From: Anthoceros angustus
Taxonomy: Eukaryota > Plantae > Anthocerotophyta
Length of the DNA: 64,000 nucleotides
NCBI GenBank assembly: GCA_010909165.1
Contig: MU008167.1
Span: forward strand, 806,001 to 870,000
Direction: 5' to 3'
Below are positions 40,965-51,985 of the stretch, in pieces. Position numbers and translations under genes: made by a program. Within the stretch, counting starts at the first letter, position 1. Each line of letters opens with the position of its first letter. Below the pieces are notes generated by a model. That model searched no databases, had not been told where the DNA came from, and was given only the letters and a program-made list of their open reading frames with translations.

Positions 40965-43900
40965 GTGGATCACCCGGCATGGTGGCGGGGCAAAAAGTGA
41001 ACATGAGGCGGATGTCGAGGGAGAGAGAATGAAGGAGGACTAAGAGGGCAACATGCAGTGCTTGATATCAAGAGGCCAATGCAGATGGAGGCCGGGGGCG
41101 GGGCGTGGGGGGCCTGCAGAGAACATGGGCAGCAGAGGAGGCGAGTCTTGAAGAGGACGATGTGCCTAATTTTGCAGACACATACCTTGCAGCCTCGGAT
41201 CGAGAGCATGGACACATAGTGGAGCCCGGTTGAGGCAATGCCACTGTGATAAAGGGTGGAGGCCGAAGAGGAAAACGGGAGGAGGAGTAGAGGAGGCGGC
41301 GGTGGGCAAGTGACAGGGCACGCTGCACAGCCGGAAGAAGGAGGACGGAAGAGGAAAATGTCCAGCAAGAAGGCGGAAGAAAAGAGGAGGACGGAGGAAG
41401 GTAAGGCAAATGGACAGCTTTTGTGGAAACCCATTAATTTGGATAACTCATGACCATGCTGGTTTGTATGTGCAATGTGCTGGAGGCGAGGAGGAAGCGG
41501 AGGAAGTGGCAAAGCTTGCCTCAACGCAAGTGGGAGGAAGAAGAAAATTGCGAATCGAGCGGGAGGCGGAAGTTTCAGTAGGTGCATACGATGAGTAGGA
41601 AGTGCCTTACATGGAGGCGAGAAAAGCCAGCGCATACCAAATCTCCTCCGCAGACAATCTTGTAGGGGCATAACCTCACGATGCGTCACAATAAGGTGAT
41701 AGGTGGGGACAATATCTTCTTGGGCGCCATGGCGGGGGGCGATGGCTATTGTTGACGTGGGAAGGACAAACCGCAAGCCGCATGCTATAAAGTAGGGGTA
41801 TAAAGGGCCGTCGCTATTTACACGTATAGTAAATACAAAGTATCGTACCATGAATATACGGACCGATGTCGTAATATGTCGCGTAATATACAAACTTATT
41901 TTATATGAAATTGAATACACCCATATAGCACTTAGAATAATACATTACATTTATCACCGTAGACTACATGCGTATAGTACAAGGATGTATTGATACAGTA
42001 TTTGTATATGGTCGTATTGAAGGCGTATCGGTGGTAACTACCAAGTAAAAGCGTGGTATTTCAAAGGGCAAAAGTAAAAGGCAATGGTGGATGGGGAGGA
42101 GGTTCGGTACAAGCCTCCAAAGTGTTACAAGACCTCTCTTGTAACACTTTAGAATGTTGCAATCATGTTGCAATTTTGAGAGAGGCAAAACCACCTCTCA
42201 CTTCATCTCTTGTATTGCAACACCATTGCAACATGGTTAACAATGAGTGGTATGGTTTCAAGCCAAAGTGTAACAAGGGGCCCAAAGTGTTACATGACCC
42301 CAAAATTGTAACATGAGTGTTACATCCGAGTCCAAATCTTAACATAAAGTGTAACATAGGGTGCCCATTTCTAGTAGGAAGTGGCAAGTAAAAAACAAGG
42401 ATCAAGTCTGCTCGGGGAGGACAATGGCTTGAGTTTTCTAGCACACTTCCGGTTTGAGCGTGGTAGAGGGCGGCGTGGATGCGGTGAGGCAGCTTCACAT
42501 CAAATGCAGGGTATGCATCTTTGGCGGGGCTTGGGCGGATGGCGTTGGAAGGGAGGCGGACGGTCGTGAAGTGCGCCAATGGCGAGGTGGCGGGCATCGC
42601 AACCTCGTGACTTTTCAAAAGCGGCGCTGCAAGGGGCTCGAGAACAAGGCTGGGGTTTCATTTACGGTGAGGAATCGGAGTCGGCCGATTTCATGGACTC
42701 ATCCCGAGAAAGTTTTCGGCTCGGGGTTTGGCGCGGATGAACTTTTGGAGGAGGCGGGTGGCGGAGGGCGACAAGAGTGGATCACCCAGCAGCCATGGTG
42801 GCGGGGCAAAAGATGAGGCGGATGTCGAGGGAGAGAGAATGAAGGAGGACTAAGAGGGCAACATGCAGTGCAGATTGATATCAAAGGCCAATGCAGATGG
42901 AGGCGGGGGGCGGGGCGTGGGGGGCGCTGCAGAGAACATGGACGCCAGAGGAGGCGGTGTTGAGAGGACGATGTGCCTAATTTTGCGGACACATACCTTG
43001 CGCCTCGGATGTCGAGAGCATGGACACATAGTGGAGCCCAGTTGAGGCAATGCCACCGTGATAAAGGGTGGAGGCCGAAGAGGAAACGGGAGGAGGAGTA
43101 GAGGAGGCAGGGTGGGCAAGTGACAAGGGCACGGCTGGAGGAAGAAGGAGGACGGAAGAGGAAAATGTCCAGCAAGAAGGCGTAAGAAAAGAGGAGGAGG
43201 GAAGGTAAGGCAAATGGACAGCTTTTGTGGAAACCCATTAACTGGATAACTCATGACCATGCTGGTTTGTATGTGCAATGTGTGCTGGAAGGCGGAGGAA
43301 GCGGAGGAAGTGGCAAAGCTTGCCTCGAACGCAAGTGGGAGGAAGAAGAAAATTGCATCGAGCAGAGGCGGAAGTTTGGTGCATACGATGGAGTAGGAAG
43401 TGCCTTACATGGAGGCGGCATAAGCAGCGCGCAAACCTTGTGGGGCATAACCTCGGGTGATAACCTCACAATAAGGTGATAGGTGGGGACAATATCTTGG
43501 GCCATGGCGGAAGCCGATGGCTATTGTTGACGTGGGAAGGACAAACCGATGCTATAAAGTAGGGGTATAAAGGGCCGTCGCTATTTACACGTATAGTAAA
43601 TACAAAGTATCGTCATGAATATGTATGAGGTACGATGTATATGTCACGTAATATACAAACTTATTTTATATGAAATTGAATACGCCCATATAGCACTTAG
43701 AATAATACATTACATTTATCACCGTAGACTACATGCGTATAGTACAAGGATGTATTGATACAGTATTTGTATATGGTCGTATTGAAGGCGTATATGGTAA
43801 CTACCAAGTAAAACGTGGTATTTCAAAGGGCAAAAGTAAAAGGGCAATGGTGGATGGGGAGGAGGTTCGGTACCAAGCCTCCAAAGTGTTACAAGACCTC

Positions 43901-44551
43901 TCTTGTAACACTTTAGATGTTGCAATCATGTTGCAATTTTGAGAGAGGGCAAAACCACCTCACTTCATCTTAACATAATTGCAACACCATTGCAACATGA
44001 TTGCAACAACCGTGGTATGGTTTCCAAGCCAAAGTGTAACAAGGGGCCCAAAAAGTGTTACATGACCCCAAAATTGTAACATGAGTGTTACATCCAGGGG
44101 TCCAAATCTTAACATAAAGTGTAACATAGGGTGCCCATTTCTAGTAGGGGGAAGTGGCACACCGTAAAAAAAACAAGGATCAAGTCTGCGCTCGAGGAGG
44201 ACAATGGCTTCGAGTTTTCTAGCACACTTCCGGTTTCAGGGCGTGGTAGAGGACGACGTGGATGCGGTAGGGGCAGCTTCACATCAAATGCACGGGTATG
44301 CATGCTGGCGGGGCTTGGAGCGGATGGCGTTGGAAGGGGAGCGGACGGTCGTAAGTGCGCAATAAAGCGAGGTAGGCGGGCATCGCAACCTCATTGACTT
44401 TTCAAAAGCTTGCAAAAACGAGGGCTCGAGAACAAGCTGGGGTTTCATTTACAGGTGAGGAATCGGAGGTACAGCCAGTTTTCATGGACTCATCCTGAGA
44501 AAGTTTTCAGCTCCAGGGTTTTGGCGCAGCGGATGAACTTTTGGAGGAGGC
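40965..44551. repeat. ~1.8-kb direct tandem duplication (40965-42776 / 42777-44551)
   Basis: Colinear anchors GTGGATCACCC at 40965 and 42777, and GATGAACTTTTGGAGGAGGC at 42737 and 44532. Differences are mostly small indels. Confidence 0.92.
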
Positions 44552-44559
44552 TGCTATGG

Positions 44560-46923
44560 AAGATAACAACCACATCCATCCCAGGGGGTTGTTTAAAAGC
44601 GGGTTAGGCCACATGCCATCTAGGGTGTTTGCAGTTGTAGGGGCCGATGCATCTGATGCAGGGGGAAGCCAAACTTGCCCCTTGCTTGAAGAGATAACGC
44701 TTGCACGAAATCATAGTCAATTAGTTGCAGGTGCTGAGAGCCCTGTCTCCAACCCTAAGGCTCCTAATGTTGTTCAATCATTTACCAGTGTGCCTAACAG
44801 CCAGGGGAATGCAGAAGTTGACATTTTAAATCTTGACAATGCTGCTGATACGGAGGAGGAAGATTGTGTCAATGCTGGTGACAAGGAGGAGGACGATGCA
44901 AGTTGTATCAAGTCCAGCTCGCAGACGGCTTCAAGAAGTCACTTGCCAACCATGGTGAAGGGTACTGCTAACAAACGAGAGGTTGCAGATGATGTAAACT
45001 GTTGAGTCCCCAAGAGAAATTCCAGAAAATTGTTTGGACTTGGATATGAAGGGCCCAAGGGGCCCTAAAAGGAAGCGAGACTGGGATCTTGAACATGAGG
45101 TACTGGAGAGCCATCTGCATGAATTTGGTGAGTTCCATCAGGCCTGTTGAAATCATGATTGCGTTATTTGTGATGGGCTGATTTGTTCAGTCCTGTGGTG
45201 TTTCATTGTAGGATTCATCTTGAGAGACTCTCCATCATTCTTTCCCATGAAAGATAGAGCCTACTATATGCTAAAGGCATTTTGCAATCCTTTAATCCAT
45301 CCTTTTTGAGAGCAAAATGTTGCCACCTTGCAGCTTGTGGAATCAAACATCAGGAAGACTATTTCAGGTCCTTGGACGTTTCATTGTGTTGTTCAACAGT
45401 TTTTAAGTCCTAACTTACGATTTTGGAGGAATAATATTAGGAAGGAGGCTTGGCACTACTTGAAGGGTGAGAAGAAGGTCAAGACATACTTGCCAAAGAG
45501 CTTGAAGAGGGAATACTGGGAAGTATTCTTGAAAGAGGAATAGGCGAAGATTGACGGGTTTATCAAACCCAGCCAACAGAAACTTCCTACTCTGAAGAGG
45601 AGCACAGAGGTTGCTAGCAAGCCTTATAGCCACTATGGATTTAGAGGTCAACGACAGTTTGTGGACAAGTTTAAGGGTAGGTTTGGTAGGGACCCATCGT
45701 TGGAGGAGATCAACGCTGTTGGGTCCAAGCCAGGACACTGGCTGAAGAAGCTACATGCATTTTGGAAGGCCAGCCAAACTGCAAGTCCTCCATTGGGGAC
45801 TCAGAAGGATGTAGTAGGGAAGCTGGACAAGGTTGTGAATGTGTGGAATCTTTTACATGAAGCAGGGTATGAGAGTGAAGAGTGTGATGAGAAAGTCATG
45901 GAGGCAATTCTTCAGAAGAATGTTTTGGATGAAGGCTTCATGGTGGAGCATTTACTTCCTCGAGCAGTGGCAAAGAAAGCAAAGAAATCCACTAGCTAAT
46001 CCAGAGTGAGAGTTTACACTCAGTACCTTATCCTTGTTCGTTGTGGTTTATTAGTGCTCTGATTAAGGTGGAAATTGTGTGACGCTTTGCTGGGGGACCC
46101 TTTCTATTTTGCAAAGTTGGCTAAACTTGTGAACTGAGCATGTTGGAGACTGGAGGGTGAACTTGGAGAAATTTGCTTTGTTAGGTCCTGTGGGAAGAAA
46201 GTGAATAGGCTGCCTGTATTGCATTTGTAGAGTTTCAAGTTCAAACTAAACCAAATGACATTACTACAGGCCCCTGGACTATAATGTTTTATTTTACTAC
46301 GCCACTAAGCTTTACAACGAAATAAAACTTTACTACAAGCGATACTTTACAGACTAAGCAGACTCTTTTTCAGCAGACCTCATTTCATGAGCCTTACATT
46401 TACAGCTACATTTACAGTGGGCCTATTCTAACATAATTGAACTTTATATGATCGACTTACAATGGAAGTGACCTTCACAACGGAGATGTACATTATAACG
46501 GATCATGTTGTAAAGAGTTTTACAACGCCAAGAGGATTAGTTAACCTGGGTTATCTAACTAATGTTATATTGTATGAATCTGAACCTTGGTTAGCCAACT
46601 TTAGTTAACAAGACCAGAGTAAACTAACCATGGTTGGAGTAACCCTAGTATTTAAACTGCAGAAAGTACTGTAGTAAAACGCTTTGTAAACTAAATGTAG
46701 TAGAAGATGTTGTAAAGGCTAACCGGAGTACGGTGTACTGGGTTTAGGTATACCATACACATGCACCCATACCGTATACGAATACACCATATATGGCAGG
46801 ACGCCTTTTACTACGGACACAAACACAGTGTGCTTACTACGAGTGTTTTACTACAACCTTAGTAAAGTCATAGTAAAATCTGTAGTAATGTCCGTAGTAA
46901 AAAGGGCCCGTTTCCTAGTAGTG
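44560..46923 (+). mobile_element. Right part of a CACTA element: decayed ORF2 (Ptta/En/Spm-like) and terminal region
   Basis: Canonical terminus TTTCCTAGTAGTG (CACTACTAGGAAA) ends at 46923. TTTACTAC/GTAGTAAA subterminal repeats at 46257-46905. ORF remnants WEVFLKEE..SHYGFRG..FKGRFGRDPSLEEI. Confidence 0.6.
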
Positions 46924-47270
46924 GAAGTTCTGTTTCCAGAGCCGTAGGAAGTAGGCATATGAAATAAAGCGCAGTCCCTTCTGCTCCATTTCCCGTTTGT
47001 ACTGTGTCCAAACCTCTAGCTTAGTGAATGTGTCTGGTAAGTTATACACCTCCACGCTTGGTAAACGCTCTGCCAAGTGGATGAATGTAGTCCATCCATA
47101 ATCGCACCTAAGCATGGGAGGATTGAACCCGAGGACTCGGCTTGTTCTCATCCCATGAAGCATTACACAGTACCCTCCTCTTCAACTCTTCATATCGTGC
47201 TGAGCCGATGTAGTACACCAGTCGGAAGGCTTTCAGGCAGGGTCTCATTGGAGCATCACCCATAAGATAG
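46924..47270 (-). mobile_element. Second DUF7869/Sola-like transposase remnant (N-terminal part), truncated by the CACTA end
   Basis: CLKAFRLVYYIG..RY, HG, and LPSVEVYNLPDTFTKLEVWTQYKREM...SYAYFLRLWKQNF, the segment that precedes the VKIP..F..C..C motif in this family. Confidence 0.6.
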
Positions 47271-47770
47271 GTTATAACTCATTGTCTTGAATTGGCCTCC
47301 AAATCTGGTCTGACAAGGGACTGGAGAAATGTTTAAGCATCTTGTTCATTGTGTTGAGCAAGAAGATTCATTTTTTTCCAATTCCTTTTACCAGCCTTGG
47401 CTCAATTCGTTAACAATTACAGCAATATTGCTCACAAGCTTGTGCGTGAGCCTAGATTTACATCCTGATGTCAAGTATCCAGACATTATGCTTGCTGTTA
47501 GTTAAGGCATGGAAATGTGGTTGTGAACTCACTCTTTTGAAGTCACATCATGGTGATGCATTTTTGTAGTGTTGGAAAGGTCGTAAACCCCTAAAAGACA
47601 TAAGGAAAGGAAAGGAGTCTATAGACGGAATAGAGGTGAAAAAAAGAGAACCCGAGTTGAGGGAATGAGTCCGAAACATGTTCCACCGGGAAAGGAACTA
47701 TACTTGTACTACCTAGAGAAACAATGAATCGTGCCCTTGAGAATGGAGATCCTTTCTAGGTAAAGTCACA

Positions 47771-47822
47771 TGAAAGGGTCAGATGAAAGGGTCAGCTGAA
47801 AGGGTCAGATGAAAGGGTCAGC
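47771..47822. repeat. 13-bp tandem repeat x4 with alternating last base (TGAAAGGGTCAG[A/C])
   Basis: Directly visible; the A/C alternation gives a 26-bp higher-order unit. Confidence 0.9.
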
Positions 47823-48315
47823 TGTGGTTGACAGGGACAAGGAAGAAAGTGGCGGCCTGGATGAGGCGAGAGGATTGTGAGCTTGTGACGAAAACGATGT
47901 TGTGATTGCTTGGTAATGAAACGCCCCCAACATGGGTTCCTGAGGGGAAAACGGCTGCAGAGCTGAACCGGGCAATGCAGTCTGCAGCAGCTTTGCAGCG
48001 CTGGGTAGGGGCAAGGCTACTGAGCTGGGACTTGAATCGGATTTAGAGGTGGGAGCATTCTCATTTGACGTGTGTACCAAATGCAGGATCCTGGAAGAGC
48101 CGATGCTATGTCTGATAACTTGCCTGAGAAGAATGCGGTGTCATTGTAGTTGGCGGGTGAAATTGATCTGCCCACTCTTTCATTTATCCGCAAATGATTA
48201 AAGCTTCTACACTGCGCTTGCTAAGGATGGTGAAGCCTCTTCACGTCTTGTTATTGGTCATGCAGAGTACCTAGGAATCCTGCCGTCTCAATTTTCCCGA
48301 CAGCGGTGGTGTAAC

Positions 48316-51300
48316 ATGGCTACAGTATGGCAACCGGATGCATTGTGGACCCAGCAAATTGGTGGGTGGACAGGGATTGTACCAGGAGCTCCCGCTCAGC
48401 TCACTCTAGGGAGTCAAGCGCTGGCAAACAAGCACGCCTGCAGGTGCAGCAGTGGGAGGAACCCTGCACTTCTGAGAAAAGCTGTGGCTGGAGAAGGATT
48501 TTCCCGTTCCCGGGAAGGTCGTCGGCAGGGGCAGGGGCAGGGGCAGGAGCAGGAGCAGGAGCTCTTGTGGCGGCAGTTTTTCCTGGACCCTACCATGTGG
48601 TGGGATAACAGGCGAGATAAGAAGAGCTCCCGTTCGCCTGACTTCCGGCGTAAGGGGTCCGGCGAGGTCCTCTGGCTTGACAACTTTCTCAAGCCTGCGT
48701 GGGTGGATGAGCAGCTGGTTGCTTTGGATATGCAGATGGGTCATGATGCCTCTCCTTCAGGGTCGGAAGTGGGCGTGTCTCCTGTAACCGTGAGCTCGTT
48801 GTGTCAGCAGGGGAAGCTCACAGAGGCCGTCGGAGCCCTGGAATTTTTGGGGCAGTCGGACTGTCGTGTTTCTGAGTCTCTTGTTTATATTGTTCTAAAA
48901 CTGTGTGCAGCTAAGAAGGATCTGGTTCTGGGGCGACGAGTTCATGATCTCTCTGTCAAACTTGGGTACGAGTCGGATGCATTCTTGGGGAACCATATCT
49001 TGCGCATGTATGCATCTGCGGGAAGGTTACAAGAGGCCATGGACGTGTTCACCAGGGTCGGCCAACCAGATGCCTTCATGTGGTCTTCCATCATCTCCGC
49101 ACATGCTCAACATCGGAAACCTAAGGAGGCCATACAACTGTATCATGAAATGTGTAGCTCAGGTGTGAGGGCGGATGCTCACGTCTTTGTAGCTGCCCTT
49201 CAAGCTTGCGCACTTGCCAGCGACCTGGAATCTGGTAGAAAAGTGCACTCTGATGTGTTGCACAGTAGCGTTGCTTCTAACTTGTTTGTTGGCAACTCCC
49301 TGGTCGACATGTATGCAAAATGTGGCAAACTGGATGATGCACGCCAGGTTTTTGACGGCATGGGCGTAAAGGATGTAGTGACATGGAATTCCCTCATAGC
49401 TGGGTATGCAAATCACGGGCACGGTCAACAGGCGCTCCTTCTCCATGAACAAATGGTGCAAGAGGGCTTGATTGTGGCTAACCAAGTCACTTTTGCTTCC
49501 CTTCTCAAGGCGTGTGCAAGCGCCGGTGCCTTACAAAAGGGCAGGCAGCTGCACTCACAGATTGTGGAAAGAGGTCAGCTAGGTAACTTGTTTGTTGGCA
49601 ACTGCCTGGTGGACATGTATGCAAAATGTGGCGAAATGGAAGATGCACGCCAGGTTTTTGACAGCTTGTCCTCAAAGGATGTGGTGACTTGGACGGCCCT
49701 TATAGCTGGTATGCAAAAGGGCTCAGTCAGAGGCTCTTCTTCTGTATGGACAAATGGAGCAGAGGGCCTGATTTGGCTGACCATGTTACTTTTGCTTGCC
49801 TTCTGAAGGCCTGTGCAAGCACTGCGCCACAGAAGGGCATACAGCTTTCACAGATCAGGTCTGCAGGCGGATGCTCATGTCTTTGTAGCTGCCCTTCAAG
49901 CCTGTGCATTTGCTGCCGACTTGGAATCAGGCAGATGCACTGATTTGTTGCACAGTGGCACAACTTGTTTGTTGGCAACTCTCTGGTGGACATGTATGCA
50001 AAATGTGGTGATCTGGAGGATGCGCCAGGTTTTGACAGCTTGTCCTCAAAAAATGTGGTGACATGGAACGCTCTGATTGCTGGGTATGCAAATAACGGGC
50101 TCGGTCGGGAGGCCCTTCTTCTGTATGGACAAATGGAGGAGGGCCTGATTTGGCTGACATGTTACTTTTGCTTGCCTTCTGAAGGCCTGTGCAAGCACTG
50201 GTGCCTTACAGAGGGGCAGCTGCACTCTCAGATTGTGGAAGAGGACTGCTGGATGACATGATGGTTGGCACCTGCCTGGTGGACATGTATGCAAAATGTG
50301 GCGAAATGGAAGATGCACGCCAGGTTTTTGACAGCTTGTCCTCAAAGGATGTGGTGACTTGGACGGCCCTTATAGCTGGTTATGCAAATCATGGGCTCGG
50401 TCAAGAGGCTCTTCTTCTGTATGGACGAATGAAGCAAGAGGGCCTGATTCTGGCTGACCAGGTTACTTTTGCTTGCCTTCTGAAGGCCTGTGCAAACGCG
50501 GGTGCGCCACAGAAGGGCATACAGCTGTACCACGAGATGCGGAGATCAGGTCTGCAGGCGGATGCTCATGTCTTTGTAGCTGCCCTTCAAGCCTGTGCAT
50601 TTGCTGCCGACTTGGAATCAGGCAGAAAGGTGCACTTTGATTTGTTGCACAGTGGCATTCCTCTCAACTTGTTTGTTGGCAACTCTCTGGTGGACATGTA
50701 TGCAAAATGTGGTGATCTGGAGGATGCTCGCCGTGTTTTTCATGGCTTGTCCTCAAAAAATGTGGTGACATGGAACGCTCTGATTGCTGGGTATGCAAAT
50801 AACGGGCTCGGTCGGGAGGCCCTTCTTCTTCATGAACAAATGGAGGAGGAGGGCCTGATTGTGGCTGACAGTGTTACTTTTGCTTGCCTTCTGAAGGCCT
50901 GTGCAAGCACTGGTGCCTTGCAGTTGGGGAGGCGGCTGCACTCTCAAATTGCAGGAAGAGGACAGCTGGAGAGTGACATGATGGTTGGCACCTGCCTGGT
51001 GGACATGTATGCAAAATGCGGGGAACTGGAAGAGGCACGGAGGGTTTTTGACAGTTTGGCCACAAAGGATGTGGTGACATGGAATGCCCTGATAGCTGGG
51101 TATGGTGCTTGTGACGTAGGTCACAAGGCACTAGCATGTTTTGAGGAGATGCTAGTATCTGGTGTTCAGCCTAACGATGCTACCTTTACTTGCCTTTTAG
51201 TAGCATGCAGTCATGCGGGACTGGTGAATGAGGGTCGCAAGCACTTCGATGCCATGGTTGAACAGCATGGCATCATACCTGCCACTGAGCATTACACTTG

Positions 51301-51985
51301 CATGGTTGATCTTCTTGGGCGTGCAGGCCATTTAGACGAGGCAGAGAAGATGCTATTATCATATGAGAGTCAAAATGATGTTGTGGGTTTGACGTCTTTG
51401 CTGAATGCTTGCAAAAGTCACGGGGATGTAGAGAGGGGGATTCGGTGTTTTGAAAGTCTGATTAGACTTGACCCTCAGCGGGCTTCCACATATGTGCTCA
51501 TGGCCAATGTCTATGCAGCTGCAGGTAGGTGGGCAGATGTAGACAGGATCGAAGCCCAGAGAGTAGTAGCAGGAGCTAATAAGAAACCTGCGGTGGCGGG
51601 CATTGAGGTCGGGAAGCAGGTACACACATTTGTAGTGGGGGACAAGAGAGAGGATATTTCTCTCAAGGTAGAGAGTGTGAATGTGCGTCTGAAGGAGGAA
51701 GGGGGTCATGTACCACACACCAACTTGGTACTGAAGCCTCTGTCTGAGAAGGATAAGGAAGATATGCTCTGCGGGCATGCTGAGAAGCTAGCTCTGGCGT
51801 ATGGTCTCTTGAACACTCCCAGTGGCACACCTTTGCTGGTAACCAAGAATCTACGCATGTGCAGTGACTGCCACAGTTCTACCGAGATCATGTCAACGGT
51901 TGAAAGGAGAGACATTGTTGTAAGGGATGCGTACCGTGTGCATCGCTTCGCCGATGGTTGTTGCACTTGTAAGGGTCGACCGTGA
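48316..51985 (+). CDS. PLS-class PPR-E1-E2-DYW:KP (GRP-type) organellar RNA-editing factor with N-terminal PDF motif; frameshifted at ~49710-50260 (assembly error or pseudogene)
   Basis: Intronless ORFs 48316-49806 and 50189-51985 carry P-L-S triplets (LVDMYAKCG, VVTWNALIAGY, FACLLKAC). C-terminal domain has KKPA in place of the PG box, HAEKLA, CSDCH and terminal GRP. Confidence 0.9.
48526..48561 (+). repeat. Compound hexamer repeat (CAGGGG)3(CAGGAG)3 encoding QGQGQGQEQEQE
   Basis: Directly visible, immediately before the PDF motif. Confidence 0.9.

Larger units (their letters stand above)
34944..44149. mobile_element. TIR DNA transposon with CCCTA...TAGGG ends (CACTA/CMC-like), 30-bp TIR, 3-bp TSD GGA
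   Basis: Left TIR CCCTACTAGAAAAGGGCACCCTATGTTACA at 34944-34973; right TIR at 44120-44149 with one mismatch. GGA at 34941-34943 and 44150-44152. TTGCAACA/GTTACA subterminal repeats at both ends. Confidence 0.8.

Noticed and set aside
40365-43505. Many 100-316 aa ORFs in the duplicated purine-rich block
   Set aside because: The two copies do not preserve reading frames, the composition is low complexity, and no domains are recognisable.
48316-51985. Two separate PPR genes (48316-49806 and 50189-51985)
   Set aside because: The intervening DNA is a colinear, deletion-bearing copy of the downstream repeats, and the second ORF lacks a targeting peptide. One frameshifted gene is more parsimonious.
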